NCBI GenBank assembly: GCA_965240325.2
Contig: OZ251222.1
Location: 620,001-684,000 of the forward strand
Reading direction: 5' to 3'
Source: Rebecca billardiae RCC1528
Lineage: Eukaryota > Protista > Haptophyta
Length of the DNA: 64,000 nt
The stretch's first letter is position 1, and each line of letters starts with the position of its first letter. The position numbers were made by a program, and so were the translations under genes. Positions 1-10,058 of this stretch are shown one piece after another. The notes under the pieces were generated by a model that did not search any database, was not told the DNA's origin, and saw only the letters and a program-made list of their open reading frames with translations.

Positions 1-1084
1 CTGCGTGTGCCAGCTGCGCGCACCCCCTGGGCCCACCTGGCCCGCTCGAGCAGCTCGCGCCTTGGGTGCGCACAGCGGCTCGAGCATACCGTGGTATGGG
101 ACGCCTGCTGCGGTGCCGCCGAGCACGTGCGGCCGAGGGTCACGCAGCACGGGCGACTCGACGGCGGCGAGCAGGCGCGACGGCCTCGCCGCGCCGCGGT
201 AGAGCCTGCCCGGGCTGCAGCACGCCGTAGGAGCAGCCCAGCGCCCTCCTCCGCCCTCCAGCTTCGGCGCGCGTAGCAGGCCCGGCGGCGGCCATGCTGG
301 CGTGCCCAAGCAAGCAGGCAGATGGGCGCGGCCGGCCGCGCCGTCGCAAAGCGCGCAGAACTCGAGCTCGGGGGGGCGGACGGCCGCCAAACTGGCGCCG
401 CAGGACGTGCCAGCTGCGCGCACCCGCTGCGCCCGCGTAGCCCGTGCGAGCGCCGCGCCTCGAGCACACGCCGCAGCAGCTCGACACAGCCACTGCAGCG
501 CGCACGCAGCCTGCACGCCGTGGCCCGTCGGCATCTTGGAAGCCGCCGAGAGCGTGTGCTTTCCCCGCACGACGGCGGTAGCTGCCGCGATGTATACGAG
601 CGTGCTGCCGCGCCGGCCGCCGCTGCCCGGCCGCCGCGCCGGCCTCCACTCCGCGCCCGCTGCGTGTCCGCAGCTGGCAGCTGCGCTGCTGCGCCCGCCG
701 TCAGCCGCCTCAGCCGGCGGCGGTGGCTGCCCGCGCTCGCTGGGCGACCACTCGATGATGCGCGCAGCGTAAAGTGCGCGCTGGGCACCTCCTCGTCGCG
801 TGCAATTTCGAGGTAGTCCTGCATCTGCTCCTGCATCAGCCCCTCCCACCCTGCGCGCGGGCGCGGACGGAGTCGCACGCACGCGGTCCGATCGACGATC
901 GATCGAGGGCGCGGGCCGCGGCAGGACGGGCGTCGACGCGCAGGTTAGTTAGGTATGGTGCCGGCGCTTCCCGCAGGCGTTGCGCGCTTGGGGCGAGTGG
1001 GGCGCGTGGGCGAGACCAGCAGCCAGCCAGCCCACGCCACCGGCGCGAGGGCACCGGCGCGGCGCGCACGCCTTTGCACGGCAT
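1..1084 (-). pseudogene. Possible frameshifted/degenerate coding remnant running off the window start
   Basis: On the minus strand, ATG at 1084 is followed by an intron-like GC-rich stretch ending in ...GCGCAG (~851). Protein-like text follows (GWEGLMQEQMQDYLEIARDEEVPSA) and continues only in a shifted frame (YAARIIEWSPSERG). No family recognised. Confidence 0.25.
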
Positions 1085-1133
1085 CCTCGCCCGCTGCCTC
1101 GGGCGTGTCGCGCCTCCCGCAAACGCTGGCGGG

Positions 1134-1415
1134 CGGGTAACCTGTTTTCACAAGCGCCTCTCTTTCATTATGGGCTTATGGCACAGGACGAGGTTCATCC
1201 ATCGAGGCAAGCGCGGGTAACTGGCTTTAAATAGCGCTATTCAAAAGAATCTCTTTCAATATTATGATGAGGAGGTTCATCCATCGAGGCAGGCGGGTAA
1301 CTTGGTTGGACAAGCGCTATTGAAAAGAATCTCTTTTAATATGACGAGGCGGTTCATCCATCGAGACAGACGGGTAACGTATTTGAACAAGCACCATTCA
1401 AAAGAATCTGGTTTC
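1134..1415. repeat. Degenerate ~80-bp tandem repeat, ~3.5 copies, AT-rich for this genome
   Basis: CGGGTAAC recurs at 1134, 1214, 1294 and 1371; GGTTCATCCATCGAG at ~1192, 1274 and 1351; AAAAGAATCT in the last three units. Confidence 0.9.
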
Positions 1416-1589
1416 ATAGCTGTTTTCGACCCAAAACAATCAAACGTCGCTCGGCAAACTCGTACTTCAGCATACAAGAGGGATAGGAATACTCACGCTT
1501 GTTTCACCCCCGGGGTATCTGATCCCACGTCCGTCCATAGTAGATACAAGAATTGCAGCGGGCGCGGCCTTTTAAGCTGTGATGGACAG

Positions 1590-1691
1590 CATACCCCCCC
1601 TCAAAAAGTCGAAAACTCACCCTCCAACAGCCCTCAAAATCGTCCCCCATCCCCTTTTCTTTGATCAAAAGATCTTTTTGACAACGTAGTG
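1590..1691. mobile_element. Possible right terminus of a CACTA/EnSpm-like DNA transposon
   Basis: A low-GC block ends in ...TTTTTGACAACGTAGTG (reverse complement CACTACGTTGTCAAAAA), with subterminal CCCTC(A/C)AA motifs. The partner end is not in the window. Confidence 0.3.
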
Positions 1692-2705
1692 AGGGCCCCC
1701 GGCGGGGCTCCACGCTACGCGCTCCGCCCTGCACCGCGGGCCATGATTTAAATACAGACACAGGGCCACCGGGCACGAGCCTGACGAGGTCGAGCGGGCG
1801 CAGCTCCGACTCAGAGCTCCGGTCTCCAGTCTCCTGATTTGTCTGTCGTACGTGGTACTCGGGTCGAAGCTTATATTGAGGCAGTGCGGTGGTTAGGTGG
1901 TACGTGTGAGCACGTTGACGGTAACGGTTGGTCGCCAGGGTCACTGATATCATGATGTCGTCGTTGTTGTCGTCGTCGACGTCGTCACGGGCCGCCCGGC
2001 AGGAAGTAGGCAGTATATTAACTAAGTAGTAGATACCAATAAGTCAAAGACGGGTGGGCATGTTGGTCATGGTGTGACTAATTATTTATTCCGTGTGACT
2101 TGGTGTCGTGGAGCTCACTGGAGGGTGTCGAGTACTTACTTGCGGTCAGCACAGACAGCAGCACTCAGCAGGTGGATGACGATTGACGATGCGGTAGTCG
2201 GGTAGACCGGTAGTTAGTACGTAGTGGTTGGCCTCGTCGCCGTTGTGGACTGGGCTCCGAGCAAGTGGCTGTACCAGTAGTATCGGCAGCAGACGAGCCT
2301 CAGACACTCGAGAGTCACGACTCACACGCGAGATCTGAGGATATTCCTGCGCTGACGCGCGCGACGAATAAATGAGAGTATATCGACTATCGAGGCATCA
2401 CGACCGATTGGCGATTACTGTAGTCTGACACCGTAAGTTCCGTAGTCGTAGACGACTGCGGACTGACGAGTCAGCACCGTTGCCACTCTTGAGTCAGCAG
2501 TCCGTAGACACAGGCTGTCCGACCGCCGACGCCGCGAACGTCCGAAACGCAATCGGATACTGTCGGATACTGCATATGGGGCTTTGGAGCACTTTTGTAA
2601 TCTGACTTGTACAGAACTTTACAGTCACCGTAGCATACAGATACTGATCACGACAGCGCGCGGGTGACCTTGTCAGCACCAGCACGATTCGTAGTACGCC
2701 GCCAT

Positions 2706-3217
2706 TCAGCCGGTAGTTGCCTGCGACTGTTTTGTCATCGCAGGTGGTCGCGTATCACGGCCATCCGCCGCCACAGCGCCAATGTTCACGTCCTCGCCAT
2801 ACAGCTGCCTCGCCTCCGCTGCGTACGTCGGCGTGAACTCCCAGAGGTGGCCTATCGGCTGCCGGTCGAGCTTGTCTCGCTTGATGCGCTCGGCCTCCTC
2901 CTGCGGCTTCCACTTGGCACCAACGCAGATCATCCATTTGCTCATCAGATCCGGGCACCAGTCCGGGATCCCGCGCGCGTAGTAGGACGCAAACTGGTTT
3001 GATGGAGCTGCGGCGCACGGCGCGCGCGAGGATGCGCGGACCGAATTGTCACGCGATGGGCGCGGTGGAGAGGCAGGCGCGATCAAGTGAGCGCGAGCGC
3101 TGCGCGCATACTCATGCAATACATGAACTTGTCAAAGATCTTCCAGCAGGGGTCGTCCGCGCTCACGCTCGAGGCAGTCTGCAGCGGGTCGACCACGCCC
3201 TCGCGCGTGGCCGCCAT
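2706..3217 (-). CDS. EMI1/DUF3128 (C22orf39-like) small Cys protein, 2 exons
   Basis: Exon 1 (3217-3112) reads MAATREGVV...DPCWKIFDKFMYCM. The GT-AG intron is 3111-3008. Exon 2 (3007-2706) reads PSNQFASYYARGIPDWCPDLMSKWMICV...HLWEF. The C-x9-C, Q..YY..G...C-x9-C and H.W pattern matches DUF3128. Confidence 0.8.
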
Positions 3218-3314
3218 TGCTGCAGCCTGACTGCCTCGCCAAAGCGCTCGCCCCGACCGTCGCGAAGACGACGACGGGGGCGGTCGCACGGGCGACGGGC
3301 CGGCCGGATCCAGC

Positions 3315-6300
3315 ATGTCGGCGACGAGCAAGCGCAAGCAATTGATCGTCGCGTCGCCGCACCACGACGACGTGTTCCTCGTCTCGGGCGCGGACCTGCG
3401 GCTTTACGCGCTGGGCTCCGGCGTAGACGGAGCCGCCGCCGGCGCGAGGCTGCTGCACGTCGACGTGGACGTGCACCCGCGCTGCGTGAGCTGGTGTCCG
3501 TCGGCGGCGCAGCCGTTCCTCGTCGCGGCGGGCACGTCGAGCGGCAAGGTGGTGCTGCACGACTGCACGCCCAGCTCGGCTGGCGCGTATGCCGCGCACG
3601 GCGTGCCGAACGGCGAGCGCGCCTACCGCGAGTTTGCGCCGCACTTCACGCGCGCGTGCAACGCGGTCGCGTGGAACCGCGAGCTGAGCCACCTGATCGT
3701 GGCTGGGCTCGACCGCGCGCGCTCTGGGCATTGCGTGCTCGTGTGGGACGTGGAGCGCGGGGCCTCGAGATCCGACGACGTCGCCCCTGCGCCCGCGCCG
3801 TCCGCCGCGCACCCGATCGCGCATTCGCTCCCCGGGACTCCGATGCAGCACCAGCGGAGCGCCCTGCAGCGCGCGGGGCACAGCAGCGAGGTGCTCTCAC
3901 GCACGAGCTCGCAGGCCTCTTTCCACGGCCCAGGGGCGTGCCGGTCGGGCGCGCCCTCGCCCTCGCCCGTCGGCATCTCCGCCGCGTGGCCCGCTCGCAC
4001 CGGCTGCGCGCACGGAGGCGCGTCACTGCCGACGTGCTGCACTGAGCCGAACCTGCCGCTGATGATGGGCGCGGCCGGCGGCCGAGGGGCGTCGGGCGCG
4101 TGCGCGGGGCTGGGCGGGATGCAGCTGGACGAGCTGCACGACCTCATCTCGCCGCCCGCGACGCCCACCGCCGGCCTGTTCCACGGCCACCTCGGCGCGG
4201 CGCTGGCGGGCACGCGCGGCGGCGCGCCCGGCGCGCCCGGCGCGCTCGGCGGGCTGAGCTACCGGCTGTCGGAGGGCGGGTCGGTCGAGAGCGTGAGCCA
4301 GGCGGTGGCGGAGTTCTCGAACGGCGAGGCGGCGGTGAGCGTCGCGTGGCTGCCCTTCTACCCCAAGGGCCTCGCCGTGGGCACGGGCTACAAGTGGCTG
4401 CGCATGTACGACCTTCGGACTGCGCACGGCGCGGTCGCGTCGTGCGTCGCGCACAACAAGGCGGTGCTGGGGCTCGAGTTCTGCCCGCACCAGCCGCACC
4501 TGGTGGCGACGCACTCGGACGACGGGACGGGCGTGGTGAAGGTGTGGGACGCGCGGCGGCTCGAGGACAACGCGCCCGCCTTCGCCCTGCAACTGCCGCT
4601 CGCCGCCTCGGGCCGCGGCTCCACAGGCCGAGCAGACGCGGTGGTCGCGGCGACCTGGTGTCCGACACGGCACGGCACACTCGCCACCCTGCAGGAGCGC
4701 TCTCGCGAGGTGAAGGTGTGGGCGCTCTCGCACCTGATCGCGCGCGCGGCGGCGGCGGCGCAGGGCGGGCCGCAGGGCGGCGCGCCCGTCGACGCCGCCC
4801 GCGCGGCCGCCCCCGGCGGCGGCGGGGTGTCGGGCGGCGCGTCAGTGCCGGCGGCGCGCGGCGGCGCGGCGGGCGGCGGCGCGGCCGGCGGCGGTTCGGC
4901 CTCTGCCGGCGTCGGCGGCGCGGCGGGCGGCGCGACGGGCGGCGCGCTGCTGGCGGGCGGCGTGTCCGACGGCGCGCGCGGCGCCGACCCCGCCGCGGTG
5001 CACCTCCCCGCGCGCGTCCTCGCCACGCCCGAGCCCATCGGTGCGCTGTGCTGGCACTGGAGCCTCGAGTCCCACCTGCTCGTGCTGAGTAATGTGGGTA
5101 ATGTGAGTAGCCGGGAGGCGTCGGTGGTGAGCGTCGCGCCCGTGCACCCGCACAGGCCGTTCGCGTGGGCGCCGGCGCGGCACGCGCTGGCGTGCGTGTT
5201 CGGGCAGGAGCTGCGCACGTACGCCGCGAGCGCCGCGAGCCAGGCGCCGCCGACGCCGGCCGCGCCCACCGCCGGGCCGGCAGCGGCCGACTTGGCCGCG
5301 CCGCCGCAAGCCGCGGGGCCCGGGGGCAAGCGGCGCGGCGCGGACGACGCCGACGGCGCGCCCGCCGGCCGGCCCGCCTCGCTCGCGACGGCGGCGCACG
5401 CGGCGCACGACGGCGCGCCCGCGCGCGCGGCGCACCGTGCCGCCCCGCACCCCGCGCCCGGCCTGCGAACTTTCGCCCTCGGCGGGCCGCCCCCCGCGCC
5501 GCCGCTGCCGGAGCCGGCCGCGCCGCCGCCGGCGACGCTCAGCGCGTGGCCGGACGAGTCTGAGCGGATGCGGCTGCGGGCGCTCGGCGGGTACGGGCTG
5601 GACGTGTGCGCGAACATACGCGTGGTCGAGGCGGAGGCGCGCGCGCTGCGCGCCGCGCGCGCCGCGTGGTTTGGCACGCACAGGCCCGCGGCCGCCGCGG
5701 CCCTCGGCGGCCGCTGCCCGCCGCGGCCGCCTCCGCGCGCCGCGCCGTGGCCACCGCCTGGGTGGCAGGAAGATGCGGGGCTGGGCGAGCTGCCCGCGCT
5801 GTGGCGCTGCCTGCAGCGGATGTGGGCGCTCGACGCGCGCGGCGCGCTCGACGGCGGGGCCGGCGCGCCGCCGGGCGCCGCCGCGCACCGCGCCATAGGC
5901 GCCGCGCCGCCTCCGAGCGGCGGCGCGTGCGGCGGCGCGGGAGCGGCGGGAGCGGCTGCTACTGCGACGCACGACGGCAGCGCGGCAGCTGTGAGCGTCC
6001 CCGGCGCGTCCCTGGGCATTCTGCAGCTGCTCTCGAGCGCGGACGAGCCCGGGCTGTCGGACGATCCGCCGATCCCCGGCTCCGCCTCCTTGCCCGCTGC
6101 AGCCGACACGTCCCAACCGCCGGGCGCGCGCGAGCGCTGCGCGCCGGCGCCCGTGCCGGCGGCGCCGACCGCGCCGCAGTCGCCCGCGCGGATTGCGATT
6201 CGCCTCACCTCCACCTCGCCGCCGTCCGCGCTGGACGACACGGCGCTGGCGCCGGGGCCGGCGCCAGACGGCGCCGAGTCGGGCGCGCGCCGCGCTCGCT

Positions 6301-8276
6301 CGCTCATGCGCGCCACGTTTGACGGCCGTCTCGGCTCGGGCGGCGCGCGCGATGCGGCCGCGGCCGCGCCGCTGCCGCCCGCGGGCGCGGGCGCGAGCGC
6401 CGCGGCTGTCGCGAGTGCACTGCTTGGGACCAGCGCGGGCTGGGCGCTCGGGGTGCAGTTCTACGCGTCGGAGACGCGGCGCGCGGTGGCGCGGCTGTGC
6501 GGATGGCCGATCGCAAGCACCGCCGCGCAGCTCGAGGCGGCGGTGCGCCACGCGGAGGCGGCGGGCAATTTCGAGCGAGCGGCCGCCATCGCCCTGCTCC
6601 ACGCGGACCTGGCGCGCGCGGTGCTGGCGTGTCAGCGCGGAGGGGACGGCGCGCGCACGGAGGGCGAGGGCGGCGGGGCGCAGCCGTCGGGGCTGCGCGA
6701 CAGGGCGGAGGCCGGTGGAGCACCGCCTCCCGACGGCACCGTCGCGCACCAGGCCGGTGCGGGGCGGTCGGGCGCGGAGGCTGCGGGCAGCCATGCCCGC
6801 GGCGGCGGCGGCGACGGCGGCGGCGGCGACGGCGACGGCGGCGGCGGCGGTGGGGATGCGCCTGAGCTCGGCGCGTTGGTGGACGACAGCTGGGTGGACG
6901 GTGGCGCCGAGCCGGGCGCGCACAGCCTCGGCAGTCTCACGCCCGAGCGCCGTTCGCAGCTGCAGCTTCTTGCGATGGTCTTGGCAGGGCACCCGCTCGC
7001 GTCCGCGCCGCCCGGCTGTGCGGCCGGCGCGGCCGGCTGCGCCGGCGGTGCGGCCGGCGCGGCGCCGAGCACGCCGAGTGGCGCCGCGCCGGGCCTGTGG
7101 CAGCGCAGCGCCACGCCGAGCGAGGACAGCGCGGCCGCGCCGCCCGCGCACCGGCACGCGAGTCCGCGCGTCTCACGCTCGGCGTCCATGGGGACGCACG
7201 TCTCCGTGTCGCCAGGGCAGGGCAGCTGCGCGCAGCAGCACGGGGCGGCGCCGCCGCCCTCGGCGCCCTCGCCGCCGCGCTGCGCGCTCGCGCCGGGCGC
7301 GACGTTGGCAGCAGCGCCCACCGCGGCCGGCGGCGCGGCCGGCGGCGGCGCGGCGGCCGCGGCGGCCGCGGCGGGCGGCGGCGCCGAGCACGCGCGCCTC
7401 TCGCTGTGGGCTGAGACCGTGCGCACGGTGCACGGCCGCGTGCGCTCGCCGCTGCTGCGCGTGCTGCTCGCTCTGCTCGGCGGCTCGGCGGAGAGTCCGG
7501 AGGAAGTCCTGCGCTCCGCTCTGCTGCAGGGCGAGGGCGTCGGGCCTGGCGGCGCGCGCGGGGGCGGGGCGACGGGCGCCGCCGCCGCCGCCGCCGACGC
7601 CACCTCCGCGCCGCTCCCGCTCACCGCTGGGCTCGCGATCGCGTGCCGACTCCTCCCGGCACCGCAGCTGCTCAGGCTGGCGCAGGACCTGAGCTCGGGC
7701 CTGGTGGCGCGCGGCGCGCTGCGAGGCGTGCTCCTCACGGGCGCGGCCACGCCGCGCGCGCACGCGCTTCTCCAGTCGTACGTGGACCGCTGCGCGGACG
7801 TGCAGACGGCGGCGCTCGTCTCGGCACTCGCGCGCGCGCGCGAGGCCGCTGCCGCCGGCGCGGCGCCGCCGCCGCGCTCGGACGCGGGGCCGTCGGCTCG
7901 GTGCGGCGCGGCGGGCGGCGGCGTCGCGCGCGCGAGCGGGCTGCCCACCGCCGGCGTGGCGGCGGAGGCGGAGGCGGCGGGCGTGTGCTGGCTCGCGGAG
8001 TACCGCGCGCTTCTCGACCGCTGGCAGCTGTGGCACGCGCGCGCGGGGCTGGAGTGCGAGCTGCGCGCCGCGGGCGTCGGTACGCGCAGCGCCGCGCGGC
8101 CATGGGCGGGAGCGCGGGCGCACGCGCGGGCACTGAACGCCGGCGCGCCTCGCCTGCGTCGCGCCACGCGCGCGCGCGCGTGCGCCCGAGCAGGCGTCGT
8201 CTCCACCAAGCCCGACATCCTGATCTGCTGCCGCTTCTGCGGCGGGCCTGTTCGGGAGGGCAGCGGCGCGGGGCCG

Positions 8277-8311
<35 letters not shown>

Positions 8312-8804
8312 GGTTGGCGGCGCGGGCCAGCCGGGCGGCATGCGAGGCGGGTACGCGCGGCCGGCGGGGCTGCGCACGCCCGGCGGGCAGGGCGCGCGCA
8401 GCGCGAGCACGCGCTCCAACCGCTGCCCGCACTGCCCAAACCAGCCGTTCCCGCGCTGCGCAGTCTGCCTGCTCATGATGGGGGAGGGGCTCGGGCGCAA
8501 CCCGGCCGCGCCGAGCGGCCGCTTCGACGAGTGGTTCGCCTGGTGCCAGAGCTGCCGGCACGGCGGGCACAGCCGGCACCTCGCCGAGTGGTTCGGCCTG
8601 CACGACGAGTGCCCGGTGAGCAACTGCACGTGCCGCTGCGCGCTGCTCGACAGCGCGATCGCCAGGCCAGTAGAGTCGGACGAGCCCGCAGCAGACGAGC
8701 ACGGCGGTGACGACAGCATCCGAGTGCTCGCGGCGGCCGCTGCTGATGGCGAGCAGCTCGCCACCGGCTGCGTGGGCAGGGCCAGCAGCTTCCTGTCGGT
8801 CTGA
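3315..8804 (+). CDS. MIOS: GATOR2 complex subunit MIOS/Sea4
   Basis: N-terminal WD40 repeats (CNAVAWN..., GLDRAR, LRMYDLR, VVKVWDARR) and LLQSYVDRCADVQTA. The C-terminal Zn ribbon/RING reads PRCAVCL...WFAWCQSCRHGGH..HLAEWF..HDECPVSNCTCRC. Probable in-frame intron at 8080-8193. Confidence 0.93.
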
Positions 8805-9115
8805 CTTTGACTGATGATGCATTATTCGGCTGATCCGAGCTCGCGAATTATGACTACCGCATCACGCATGTGCGCATGCGCACTAGCTTAATATGCTGGG
8901 CGGATGATTCGTGATCGTCTTCGTCCTACTGCTTGATGCGCGTGATATAGCTGATGAACGAAGGGCACGAAGGCGAGGCGGCAGCACGCCTCCGCCACTC
9001 TGAGTCTGACTCTTGGACTCGCGGGCGCGCCGCCTCCCAACTCCCAAGGAGCGCCATACACCTGCATGGCCTGGCCGCTCCTTGGGAGGGGTCCCATTCT
9101 ACTCGTGCATCGTGA

Positions 9116-9778
9116 TCAGCCGCTGCGCAGCAGGCCCCACACCATCGTTGCGAGCGCGGGCAGCGGCAGCAAGAGCTCGTAGGCGCCGCGGGCAGGGTTG
9201 GCCCACGCGAAGAAGCCCGCCTCAGCAAGCGCGGGCAGCGGCAGCACCGCCCAGTCCAAGGCCGGGCTGGGGCAGAGGCCGAAGTAGCAAGCGAGCGCGA
9301 GGGAGGGGAGGGGCAGCAGGTGGTCCTGCCGCTCGCCGTTGCCACGCACGTACCGCCCCGGGTCGCGCCCGCAGAGCCACTGGTACGCGGTGCGCGCATC
9401 GAGCAGGAGCGACAGCGAGCTGACTGCACCCGTGTACAGCACGAAACGCGCCATGTTCAGGTCGCCCTGCGCGGCGGGCGTGCCGAGCCAGTGGTACGCG
9501 AACGGGATCGCAACCAGGAACGGCAGGTGCATGATCGGCGCGGTGATCTTGGTCATGCGCCAGCGTGGGAGCAAGAAGAGCTGGCCCGCCACAACGAAAG
9601 AAAGAGCGCGCGCCGCAAAGATCACACTCGCAGGGGAGCGTAATCCGCGGGTGACGCCAAGGAAGCCCCCGACGATCAGCTGGGGGAATGGGAAGAGCGA
9701 CGCCCACACGGCGACCGGGCGTCGGAGCGTCCGCATGTCGCTGATAAACACGCTCAGCCCACGCAGGATGGCCGCCAT
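9116..9778 (-). CDS. Hypothetical multi-pass membrane protein (~220 aa)
   Basis: ATG at 9778 (MAAILRGLSVF...). Several hydrophobic helices, and three LLPLPxLA-like motifs in the C-terminus. Confidence 0.7.
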   Translation of the reverse strand: MAAILRGLSVFISDMRTLRRPVAVWASLFPFPQLIVGGFLGVTRGLRSPASVIFAARALSFVVAGQLFLLPRWRMTKITAPIMHLPFLVAIPFAYHWLGTPAAQGDLNMARFVLYTGAVSSLSLLLDARTAYQWLCGRDPGRYVRGNGERQDHLLPLPSLALACYFGLCPSPALDWAVLPLPALAEAGFFAWANPARGAYELLLPLPALATMVWGLLRSG

Positions 9779-10058
9779 GGGGACCGGACGCGTGCTTGAC
9801 ACTGCGCAGGGCGTGCGCAGGGCGCGGACCAAGGTACCGCGGCGCTTTTCAGAAGCGGCGGCGAAAACGCGGATTCCACAGCCCATCAGGCACAGCCGCA
9901 CTCGTTCACAAGGCCCGCACCAAACCCAAATTTCCCAAAGAGGCCTCCGCTTGATACGTCCGATTTGTGCCCAGTTGACCCGTCCACCTGCCGCCGCCGA
10001 ACCGCGCCGGAGCGGGATACCATCGTCGTCGTCGCAAGGGCGCGGTCCAACGCACATC

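Noticed and set aside
1134-1415. CRISPR-like array
   Set aside because: The would-be spacers resemble each other (AAGCGCTATT.AAAAGAATCT), there are no cas genes and the context is eukaryotic.
4388-8822. Many long antisense/overlapping ORFs here and throughout the window
   Set aside because: Expected in very GC-rich coding DNA. They are Arg/Ala-rich and show no motifs.
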